NCBI GenBank assembly: GCA_963719225.1
Contig: CAVRAY010000001.1
Coordinates: forward strand, 1,504,001 to 1,568,000
DNA length: 64,000 nt
DNA from: Thermoanaerobaculia bacterium
GTDB taxonomy: Bacteria; Acidobacteriota; Thermoanaerobaculia; UBA5066
Direction of reading: 5' to 3'
Both the position numbers and the translations under genes were made by a program. Every line of letters starts with the position of its first letter. Position 1 is the stretch's first letter. The notes below the pieces were generated by a model. The model saw only the letters and a list, made by a program, of their open reading frames with translations. It did no database searches and was not told where the DNA came from. Shown one piece after another: positions 1 through 8,446 of the stretch.

Positions 1-610
1 GGGCGGCGACGAACGTCTGGGTGAGGCTCTTGGATCCGAGGCCGCGCGCGAGCGTCCGGATCGAACCCCCGGGAGAGATCGTGCGCAGGTCGCCGGAGTC
101 GACGAAGTACAGAGTGCCGTCCGGAGAAACGGCGAGCCAGCGCACGTCCCGGCAGTCGGAGCACACCGCCCGAACGACGGTCGCGCCCGCCGAAGTCTTC
201 ACGAAGAAGCGGGCGGCTGTATCCCCCTCTTTCCAGTAGGCGTTGCCGGCGGCGTCCCGCACGAAGCTCCAGTCGGTGCGGAACCCTTCGCGGGCGGGGA
301 CGACGTCCGAGAGCCCGCCGTCGGGTCCGAGCCGCCAGACCCGGTACCCCCACCTCTTCGTCGCGTCTCCCTCGTACCAGAGGTGCTCGCCAAAGAGAGC
401 GCCCGATGCGTCCAGCCACAGCTCGTGCGTGTGGACGTGCCCGACGGCGATCGTCCTGACGCCCGAGGGGTCGATCCGCCAGACGTTCGCGAGATCCGTG
501 TAGAAGACGTTACCCCGCGCGTCCCGGACGATTCCGATGGCCGGGTGCGCGGCGGCGGCCCCGGCGAAGACGAGGAAGGCCAGAACGGCGAGCCGGCCGC
601 CCGTGCGCAT
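1..610 (-). CDS. Secreted beta-propeller-like protein (partial, 3' end runs off the window)
   Basis: Manual translation from ATG at 610: MRTGGRLAVLAFLVFAGAAAAHPAIGIVRDARGNVFYTDLANVWRIDPSG... Signal peptide plus 'DxxGNxY' blade-like repeats; starts 2 nt after the GDH stop. Absent from the ORF track, apparently because it has no stop in the window. Confidence 0.7.
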   Translation of the reverse strand, partial: MRTGGRLAVLAFLVFAGAAAAHPAIGIVRDARGNVFYTDLANVWRIDPSGVRTIAVGHVHTHELWLDASGALFGEHLWYEGDATKRWGYRVWRLGPDGGLSDVVPAREGFRTDWSFVRDAAGNAYWKEGDTAARFFVKTSAGATVVRAVCSDCRDVRWLAVSPDGTLYFVDSGDLRTISPGGSIRTLARGLGSKSLTQTFVAA

Positions 611-612
611 TC

Positions 613-2022
613 TCAGGGGAAGATTCCGAGCTCCATGTAGCTCACGGCGATCTTGTCGATCGCCGAGATGAACGCCGCGGTGCGGAGATCGGCTTTCGGG
701 TGTTTTTTCTGCACGTCGCGGATCTGCCGCCACGCGACGGACATGGTCTCCTCGAGGCCCGAATTGACGAGATCTTCCTCCTCGGCCCCGTGAATGACGA
801 GCTTGCGCTCGCCCGAGGAGAAGTGCTTGCCGGTCGCCCCTTCGATGGACTTCACCATCTCCTCGGCCCGCATCTCCTCGAAGCGCTTCTCCATGCGCCC
901 GAAGCGCACGTGCGAGAGGTTTTTCAGCCACTCGAAGTACGACACGGTGACGCCGCCCGCGTTCAGGTACATGTCGGGGATGACGCAAACGCCTTTCTGG
1001 CGGAGGATCGCGTCGCCGTCGGCCGTGATCGGGCCGTTCGCGCCCTCGGCGATGATCTTCGCGCGGACCTTGGACGCGTTCGCGGCCGTGATCACGTTCT
1101 CGAGTGCGGCCGGGACGAGGATGTCGCAGTCGAGAAACAGGGCTTCCTCGCCGGGGAGGTCCGCCGCGCCGGGGAAGCCGGTGATCTTCCGCGTCTCGGC
1201 TCGGTGGTTCATGACCTCGGCGACGTCGAGGCCTTTCGGGTTCGCGATCGCGCCTTCCCACTCCAACAGGCCCACGATCACGGCACCGCCCTCCTGGAGA
1301 AAGCGCGCCGCGTGTGACCCGACGTTGCCGAGGCCCTGCACGACGACGCGCTTGCCCGCGAGGCCGCCGGAGAGGCCCAGCGTCTTGAGCAGCGCGGAGT
1401 CCGTGAGCGCCTCCTTGACGCCGAAGAAAACGCCGCGGCCCGTGGCTTCCTTGCGCCCGCGGATGCCGCCCTGGCTGATCGGTTTGCCCGTGACGCAGCC
1501 GATCGCGTCGATCTCGCCGGGGTGGAACTGGGCGTACGTGTCGGCGATCCAGGACATCTCCCGCGGGCCCGTTCCGTAGTCGGGAGCGGGCACGTCGATC
1601 CCGGGCCCGATGAAATTCTTCTTCGTGAGCTCGGCCGTGTAGCGTCGCGTGATGCGCTCGAGTTGTTCGACGGACACCTTTCGCGGGTCGATCTTGATGC
1701 CGCCCTTCGCACCGCCGAAGGGCACGTCCACGATCGCGCATTTGAACGTCATGAGGGCCGCGAGCGCGAGGACCTCGTCTTCGTTCACCTCCGGCGAGTA
1801 CCGGATTCCTCCCTTGACGGGCAGCTTGTGGTGGCTGTGCTCGGCGCGCCAGGCCTCGATGACCTCGTATCCGCCCCCCTCCTTTCGGACGGGGAAACGA
1901 AACTTGTAGATGCTGTTGCAGACCTTGATCTGATCCAGAAGTCCAGGCGGATAGTCGAGAAAGCTCGCGGCGGCGTCGAAATTCCGGTTCACGGTCTCCA
2001 GGAATCCGTTGGCTGCGGTCAT
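613..2022 (-). CDS. Glutamate dehydrogenase (Glu/Leu/Phe/Val family), animal-GDH-like C-terminus
   Basis: [52 protein letters not shown]. Start at MTAANG (2022) has a GGAGG RBS. Confidence 0.93.
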   Translation of the reverse strand: MTAANGFLETVNRNFDAAASFLDYPPGLLDQIKVCNSIYKFRFPVRKEGGGYEVIEAWRAEHSHHKLPVKGGIRYSPEVNEDEVLALAALMTFKCAIVDVPFGGAKGGIKIDPRKVSVEQLERITRRYTAELTKKNFIGPGIDVPAPDYGTGPREMSWIADTYAQFHPGEIDAIGCVTGKPISQGGIRGRKEATGRGVFFGVKEALTDSALLKTLGLSGGLAGKRVVVQGLGNVGSHAARFLQEGGAVIVGLLEWEGAIANPKGLDVAEVMNHRAETRKITGFPGAADLPGEEALFLDCDILVPAALENVITAANASKVRAKIIAEGANGPITADGDAILRQKGVCVIPDMYLNAGGVTVSYFEWLKNLSHVRFGRMEKRFEEMRAEEMVKSIEGATGKHFSSGERKLVIHGAEEEDLVNSGLEETMSVAWRQIRDVQKKHPKADLRTAAFISAIDKIAVSYMELGIFP

Positions 2023-2202
2023 CGATCCTCCGAATCCCGAGTGTAGGCGAGGTCCTCGGCGGGGTCGAGGTGATCCATATGACTCATGACGGACGAGGGG
2101 ACGGGCCCCTACGATGTCCATGATGAGCCGGTTGGAGGAGGGCGCCGTGTCCCAGGTCTCCGGCCGGGAACAAAAAGACTGGACAAAAGAGGGAGACTCC
2201 CG

Positions 2203-3486
2203 ATGAAAAGTGCGTTCAATCCGTTCGAAATGGCGCAGGCGCAGTTCGACAAATCCGCGGACATCCTGGGGCTCGACGACGCCTCACGGGAGCTCTTGAG
2301 GTGGCCTCTCCGCGAGTTCCACTTCGCGATTCCGGTGCACATGGACGACGGCCGCGTGAAGGTGTTCCGCGGGTTCCGCGTCCAGCACAACGACGCCCGA
2401 GGCCCGTCCAAGGGAGGAATCCGGTTCCACCCGCAGGAGACGATCGACACGGTTCGGGCGCTCTCGATGTGGATGACCTGGAAGTGCTCGGTCGTGGACA
2501 TCCCGCTCGGCGGGGCGAAAGGCGGCGTCATCTGCGATCCCCACAACCTGAGCGCGCGCGAGCAGGAGCAGATCTGCAGGGGCTGGATCCGGCAGATTTC
2601 GCGGAACGTCGGCTCGGCACTGGACGTACCGGCGCCCGACGTCATGACGACTCCCCAGCACATGCTCTGGATGCTCGACGAGTTCGAGGTGATCCACGGC
2701 GGCAGGGAGCCGGGTTTCATCACCGGAAAGCCGGTGGGGATGGGAGGCTCTCTCGGCCGGACCGAGGCCACGGGCTATGGCCTCGTCTTCGCGCTGCGCG
2801 AGGCGCTCAAGCTCCTCGAGCTCAAGGTCGACAGGACGCTGGCGAGCGTGCAGGGCTTCGGAAACGTGGCGCAGTACGCCATCAAGCTCTACATGAAGCT
2901 GGGAGGGAAGGTCGTCGCCGTCTCCTCGTGGGACCAGGCCGACCAGACTTCCTACTGCTTCCGTAAGGAGACCGGGGTCGATCCCGACGCGCTCCTCGGC
3001 ATCACCGACCGCTTCGGGGGCATCGACAAGGGGAAAGCCGCGAAGCTGGGATACGAGGTCCTTCCGGGCGACGCCTGGATCGAGCAGAACGTCGACATCC
3101 TGATGCCCTCGGCCATCGAAAACCAGGTGACCGCGGAGACGGTGGGGAAGATCAAGGACCGCGTGAAGGTGATCGCCGAAGGCGCGAACGGCCCCACGAC
3201 TCCGGAGGCCGACAAGTGCCTGCAGGCGCGGGGCATCTTCGTCATCCCCGATTTTCTCGCGAATGCCGGCGGCGTCACGTGCAGCTACTTCGAGCAGGTG
3301 CAGAGCAACATGAACTATTTCTGGGAGCAGGACGAGGTTCTCGGGAAGCTCGACGTGAAAATGACTTCGGCTTTTCATGCCGTGGCCGACCTGGCGAAGA
3401 AGCAGAAGCTCTACATGCGGGACGCGGCCTACGTGATCGCCGTGAGCCGTGTCGCGAAGGCCTGTCACGACCGCGGGTGGGTCTGA
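2203..3486 (+). CDS. Glutamate dehydrogenase (Glu/Leu/Phe/Val family)
   Basis: [67 protein letters not shown] at 2203 follows AGAGGGAG. Confidence 0.93.
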   Translation: MKSAFNPFEMAQAQFDKSADILGLDDASRELLRWPLREFHFAIPVHMDDGRVKVFRGFRVQHNDARGPSKGGIRFHPQETIDTVRALSMWMTWKCSVVDIPLGGAKGGVICDPHNLSAREQEQICRGWIRQISRNVGSALDVPAPDVMTTPQHMLWMLDEFEVIHGGREPGFITGKPVGMGGSLGRTEATGYGLVFALREALKLLELKVDRTLASVQGFGNVAQYAIKLYMKLGGKVVAVSSWDQADQTSYCFRKETGVDPDALLGITDRFGGIDKGKAAKLGYEVLPGDAWIEQNVDILMPSAIENQVTAETVGKIKDRVKVIAEGANGPTTPEADKCLQARGIFVIPDFLANAGGVTCSYFEQVQSNMNYFWEQDEVLGKLDVKMTSAFHAVADLAKKQKLYMRDAAYVIAVSRVAKACHDRGWV

Positions 3487-3503
3487 ACGGCGCCGAGCCG
3501 CCG

Positions 3504-5258
3504 ATGACGAACGCGACAGAGCCGGCGCTTCCGCTCTTCGACCGGAGGCTCTTCGACGGGAAGGAACCCGCGACGCTGATGGGCGAGGGGCCGGTCGGAG
3601 GAAAGGCCGCCGGGTTGATCCGGATCCGCGACACCCTTGCCTCGGCCTTCCCGGGCGACCTGCCGGAGTTCGAAGTCTCGATTCCCACGATGTCCGTGAT
3701 CACGACCGAGCGCTTCGACCGGTTCATGGAAGAGAACGGACTCGGGGAGATTGCTTTTTCGGGCGAGAGCGACGACGCCATCGCCCGCGCCTTCCTGAAG
3801 GGCGATTTTCCCGCCGACCTCGTGGGTGATCTGCGGTCCCTCGCCGATCACATACACGCGCCTCTCGCCGTGCGCTCCTCGAGTCTCCTCGAGGACGCCC
3901 TGAATCGACCCTTCGCCGGCGTGTACGCGACGAAGATGATTCCGAACAACGAGCCAGAGGCGGACGCCCGGTTCCGGAAGCTGGCCGAGGCCGTGAAGCT
4001 GGTATGGGCTTCGACCTACTTCCGGGCTGCGACGGCCTACCGCTCGACGGTCGACGCCGCACTGCGGAAGGAGAAGATGGCGGTGCTTCTGCAGGAGGTC
4101 GTGGGCCGCCGGCACGGAGATCGCTACTACCCCGACATTTCCGGCGTGGCGCGCTCCTACGGCTTCTACCGCTTCGGCTCGGCCCGCCCCGAGGACGGGA
4201 TCGTGCTCCTCGCGCTCGGCCTCGGGAAGACGATCGTGGACGGAGGGGCGTCCTGGACCTACTCTCCCGCCCACCCGCGCGCGCCCGCGCCTTTCGCCTC
4301 GACCTCCGACCTCCTCAAGAGCACGCAGACGGAGTTCTGGGCGGTGAACATGGGCAAGCCCCCGGCCTACGATCCCGTGCGCGAGACGGAATACCTCGTG
4401 AGAGGCTCCATCGTGGACGCAGAAGAGGACGGCACGCTGCAGGCGACCGCCTCCACGTGGAACGCCGCCTCGGAGAGACTCGTGTCCGGAACGGGCACGC
4501 CCGGGCCGCGCGTCCTGAATTTCGCGTCGCTTCTGATCCACGATCAATACCCGCTGAACGACGCGGTCAGATTGCTCCTGTCGGCCTGCGGGAGCGCGGC
4601 CGGCGGGCCGGTCGAGATCGAGTTCGCCGCGACGCTCGAGCCTCGTCGGGAGCCGCCCTTGAGGATCGGTCTTCTCCAGGTGCGCCGCATGGCGGTCTCG
4701 ACGGAGAGCGTCGACGTCGACGCCGCCGCTCGGTCCGGCCTCAGGGTCCTCCTCTCGTCCGACCAGGTCATGGGGAACGGGATCGTCGACGGGATCCGCG
4801 ACGTCGTCTACCTGCGGCCCGATCGCTTCGACGCGCGCCACTCGCGCGCGATCGCGGAGGAGGTCGCCGCGAGAAATCGTGTGCTGCTCGAAGAGGGCAC
4901 TCCGTACATCCTCATCGGGTTCGGACGGTGGGGAAGCGCGGATCCGTGGCTCGGAGTTCCGGTGGCATGGGGAGACGTGGCGGGGGCCAGGGTCCTCGTC
5001 GAGGCGTCACGGCCCGAGCGAGGGATCGAGATGAGTCAGGGTTCGCACTTCTTCCACAACATCTCGAGCTTCGGCGTGAGCTACTTCTCCTTGCCGCCCG
5101 AGGGCGCCGGCACGCTCGACTGGGAGTGGCTGGAAAGCCGGCCCCTCGTCGCCGAGAGTTTCTTCCTCCGCCACGTCCGTGCGGCCGGACCGCTGCGCGT
5201 GGAAGTCGATGGTCGCGCCGGACGTGGGATCATCTGGAGGTGCGACGAGGAGACATGA
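3504..5258 (+). CDS. PEP/pyruvate-binding (PPDK_N ATP-grasp) domain protein with C-terminal GRWGS/SQGSHFF domain
   Basis: GGKAAGL, AVRSSSLLED, FAGVY, MAVLLQEVV, SGVARS, LGLGKTIVDG, VEIEFA, LLQVR. No PEP-utilising TIM barrel. Confidence 0.85.
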   Translation: MTNATEPALPLFDRRLFDGKEPATLMGEGPVGGKAAGLIRIRDTLASAFPGDLPEFEVSIPTMSVITTERFDRFMEENGLGEIAFSGESDDAIARAFLKGDFPADLVGDLRSLADHIHAPLAVRSSSLLEDALNRPFAGVYATKMIPNNEPEADARFRKLAEAVKLVWASTYFRAATAYRSTVDAALRKEKMAVLLQEVVGRRHGDRYYPDISGVARSYGFYRFGSARPEDGIVLLALGLGKTIVDGGASWTYSPAHPRAPAPFASTSDLLKSTQTEFWAVNMGKPPAYDPVRETEYLVRGSIVDAEEDGTLQATASTWNAASERLVSGTGTPGPRVLNFASLLIHDQYPLNDAVRLLLSACGSAAGGPVEIEFAATLEPRREPPLRIGLLQVRRMAVSTESVDVDAAARSGLRVLLSSDQVMGNGIVDGIRDVVYLRPDRFDARHSRAIAEEVAARNRVLLEEGTPYILIGFGRWGSADPWLGVPVAWGDVAGARVLVEASRPERGIEMSQGSHFFHNISSFGVSYFSLPPEGAGTLDWEWLESRPLVAESFFLRHVRAAGPLRVEVDGRAGRGIIWRCDEET

Positions 5259-8200
5259 CCTCACCGGACAGCCCCGTCGACACGATTCTTGACGCCCTGC
5301 AGGAACGCGCCAAGGAGCTCACCTGCATCTACCGGGTGAACGAGATCTGCAATCGGCCGCAGGCCTCGCTCGACGAGATTTTCCGGGACGTCATCGACAT
5401 CCTCCCGCCGGGCTGGCAATACCCGGCCGAGTGCCTGGCGCGGGTCACGGTGGACGGCGTGGTCTACGAGCCGCCGGGTTTGATCGGCACCCCATGGGTT
5501 CAGGTGGCACCGATCCGTGTGCAGGGTCTGGTGATTGGCAGCGTCGAGGTGTTTTACGTGAAGGCGATGCCGGCCTCCGACGAGGGTCCGTTCCTGAAAG
5601 AGGAGAGGAAGCTCATCGACACGGTCGCCGAGCGCCTCGGGCAGCTCCTTCTGCACCGCAAGCTGCTGGACAGGATCCAGGGCCGGCAGGAGGCGTTCGA
5701 AGGCCTCCCGGCGACGCCGCGCGGGAACTGGTGGATCATCATCGACTTCCTGCGCAAGACCGACGAGCACCTCCTGATGAGGGTCTCGCGCCGGATGATC
5801 AACTACCTCTGCTGGAACGGAATTGCCGAGGCACGGGACCTGCTGCCGCACTTCACCGCGGGCCGGAGCGGCGGGCGCGAAGAGAGCGGAGGCGAGAACC
5901 GGCCCCTGGAGCGGCGCGGCATCGACTCTTTGATCAAGGTCGCCGACGAGGTCTTCCGCATCGCTTCCCAGCACCTCGCTTCCGACGAGATCCTCTCGTG
6001 CATTCAGAAGTGGATCAGGGACGAGAAATCGGGCTTTCTGGTCGAGGCGGTCGAGAACCAGGGAACGCCTTTGATGGAGATTGCCCAGGCGCTGGGCCGC
6101 TTTCACAACACGGCCGTCGACGACCACGAGCTGTCGCGCACCGTACAGGTGGAATTGAGGGTCTCGTTGATCCGCCGGTTCCTCACCGATGACCTCGACT
6201 TCCTCGGCACGGCCAAGAACTACATCGACGTGGGCGACTTCTACGAGCTTTCCCGCCGTGTCATCTGTCCCCCCAGGAGCCACGGCAAGCTCGGCGGGAA
6301 GAGTTCGGGCCTGTTTCTGGCGGCCCAGATCGTCCGCAAGTCGCCCGAGTACGCCGACGCGCTCGGACGCATCCGGATCCCGAGAACGTGGTACGTCACG
6401 TCGGACGGAGTTCTGAACTTCATCGAGTTCAATCAGCTTCAGGACGTCTACAATCGGAAGTATCTGGAGATCGAGGAGGTGCGGCGCGAGTACCCGCACA
6501 TCGTCCAGGTCTTCAAGGACTCTCATTTCTCGCCGGAGATCGTCAAGGGCCTGTCCGTCGCGCTCGACGACCTCGACGGACGCCCCCTCATCGTCCGCAG
6601 CTCCAGCCTCCTGGAGGACCGCATCGGGTCGGCGTTCTCCGGCAAATACAAGAGCCTCTTCCTGTCCAATCAAGGCACGAAGAGCGAGCGCCTTAGTGCG
6701 CTGATGGATGCCATCGCCGAGGTTTATGCCTCGATCTTCGGGCCGGATCCCATCGAATACCGCGCCGCGCGCGGGCTCCTGGACGTGCACGAGGAGATGG
6801 GCGTGATGATCCAGGAGGTCGTGGGCAGCCGCGCCGGCAAGTACTTCCTGCCGACGTTCGCGGGGGTCGCCTTCTCCAACAACGAATTCCGATGGTCGGC
6901 GCGGATCAGGCGAGAGGACGGTCTCGTGCGTCTCGTGGCGGGCCTCGGGACGCGCGCCGTGGACCGCCTCGGCGACGACTACCCGGTGCTGATCGCTCCG
7001 GGCCAGCCCGGACTGAGGGTGAACGTCACGCCCGACGAGGTGGTCCGCTACTCGCCGAGGAAGCTGGACGTCATCAACCTGGAGTCGCGGCGTTTCGAGA
7101 CGGTCGCCTTGAAGGATCTCCTCGCGGAGTGCGGCCCGGAGATCCCCGGCGTTCAAAAGATCGTCTCGCTCGCGGATGAAAGCGGAATTCGCCGCCCCCT
7201 CCTGATCGACTGGGCGTCGGACGCGGACCGCCTCGTCGTGACCTTCGACGGGCTCATCGAGTCCACTCCGTTCCTCACCCAGATGCGCGCGCTGCTCCGC
7301 CTTCTGAAGGAGAAGACCGGAGGGCCGGTGGACATCGAATTTGCTTCTGACGGAAAGGACTTCTATCTCCTGCAATGCAGGCCGCAGAGCTTCTCGGAGG
7401 ATGTCGCGTCGGCGCCGATCCCGCAGGACCTGCCGGCCGAGAAGCTGGTCTTCGAGGCGCGGCGCTACGTTTCCAACGGCCGGATGCCGGACATCACCCA
7501 CATCGTCTACGTCGACCCCGAGCGCTACGCGGCGCTCGCAGACGAGGAGGATCTCAGGCGCGTGGGACGGGCCGTCGGCCGGCTCAACAAGGTTCTACCG
7601 AAAAGTCAGTTCATCCTCATGGGCCCGGGCCGCTGGGGCAGCCGCGGCGATGTGAAGCTCGGCGTCCCCGTCACCTACTCCGACATCAACAACACCGCTG
7701 CCCTCATCGAGATCGCACGGAAGAGGGGGAACTACGTCCCGGACGTCTCCTTCGGCACGCACTTCTTTCAGGATCTCGTCGAAGCCTCCATCCGCTACCT
7801 CCCGCTTTTTCCCGACGATCCCGACATCGCCTTCCACGAGAAGTTCCTGCGGGAGTCCCCCGATATCCTGGCGGACGTCGCGCCGGAGTTTGCGGACCTG
7901 GCGGGAGTCGTGCGTGTCATCGACGTGCCGCGCGCCACGGGAGGCCTCGTCCTGCGCGTTCTGCTGAACGCGGACCAGGACCGTGCGGTCGGCTTCCTGT
8001 CGAGTCCCGGGGTCGGAGCCGACACGTCGGTGGAAAGGAAGCGCCTCCCGGAGCCGGCGCCGCCGGAGGACCACTCGCCCTGGCGTCTGCGGATGGCCGA
8101 GCGCATCGCGGCGGTGGCCGACGTCGCGCGTTTCGGCATCAAGGGGCTCTATCTCTTCGGCAGCACGAAAAACGGCACGGCGTCGCCCGGCAGCGACATC

Positions 8201-8446
8201 AATCTCCTCGTCCACTTCTGCGGCACTCCGGAAATGCGCAGCGATCTGCTGGCCTGGCTTGAAGGCTGGAGCCTGTGCCTGTCCGAGATGAACTACCTGC
8301 GCAGCGGCGTCGCGACCTCGGGCCTGCTGGACGTCCACGTCGTGACGGACGCGGAGATCGAAAGCGCCTCGGGTTACGCCGCGAAGATCGGTGCCGTCAC
8401 GGACGCGGCGCGGTCCCTGACCCTTGGAACGAAGGCTTCAGAATGA
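5255..8446 (+). CDS. GAF-like + PPDK_N ATP-grasp + SFGTHFF domain + C-terminal nucleotidyltransferase-fold protein
   Basis: ATGA overlap with the previous stop. LQERAKELTCIY...FLKEERKLI N-terminal domain; LGGKSSGL, IVRSSSLLED, FSGKY, DIEFA, LLQCRP; GPGRWGS, SFGTHFF; C-terminal LYLFGS...SDINLLV. Confidence 0.85.
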   Translation: MTSPDSPVDTILDALQERAKELTCIYRVNEICNRPQASLDEIFRDVIDILPPGWQYPAECLARVTVDGVVYEPPGLIGTPWVQVAPIRVQGLVIGSVEVFYVKAMPASDEGPFLKEERKLIDTVAERLGQLLLHRKLLDRIQGRQEAFEGLPATPRGNWWIIIDFLRKTDEHLLMRVSRRMINYLCWNGIAEARDLLPHFTAGRSGGREESGGENRPLERRGIDSLIKVADEVFRIASQHLASDEILSCIQKWIRDEKSGFLVEAVENQGTPLMEIAQALGRFHNTAVDDHELSRTVQVELRVSLIRRFLTDDLDFLGTAKNYIDVGDFYELSRRVICPPRSHGKLGGKSSGLFLAAQIVRKSPEYADALGRIRIPRTWYVTSDGVLNFIEFNQLQDVYNRKYLEIEEVRREYPHIVQVFKDSHFSPEIVKGLSVALDDLDGRPLIVRSSSLLEDRIGSAFSGKYKSLFLSNQGTKSERLSALMDAIAEVYASIFGPDPIEYRAARGLLDVHEEMGVMIQEVVGSRAGKYFLPTFAGVAFSNNEFRWSARIRREDGLVRLVAGLGTRAVDRLGDDYPVLIAPGQPGLRVNVTPDEVVRYSPRKLDVINLESRRFETVALKDLLAECGPEIPGVQKIVSLADESGIRRPLLIDWASDADRLVVTFDGLIESTPFLTQMRALLRLLKEKTGGPVDIEFASDGKDFYLLQCRPQSFSEDVASAPIPQDLPAEKLVFEARRYVSNGRMPDITHIVYVDPERYAALADEEDLRRVGRAVGRLNKVLPKSQFILMGPGRWGSRGDVKLGVPVTYSDINNTAALIEIARKRGNYVPDVSFGTHFFQDLVEASIRYLPLFPDDPDIAFHEKFLRESPDILADVAPEFADLAGVVRVIDVPRATGGLVLRVLLNADQDRAVGFLSSPGVGADTSVERKRLPEPAPPEDHSPWRLRMAERIAAVADVARFGIKGLYLFGSTKNGTASPGSDINLLVHFCGTPEMRSDLLAWLEGWSLCLSEMNYLRSGVATSGLLDVHVVTDAEIESASGYAAKIGAVTDAARSLTLGTKASE

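Noticed and set aside
4004-5254. N-terminal 417 aa of the 1480-aa ORF
   Set aside because: Arg/Gly-rich off-frame read of the upstream gene; the real start is ATG 5255 (RBS and ATGA coupling). Similar over-extensions were trimmed for ORFs starting at 3216, 33929, 36722, 43037, 47590, 54152 and 62716.
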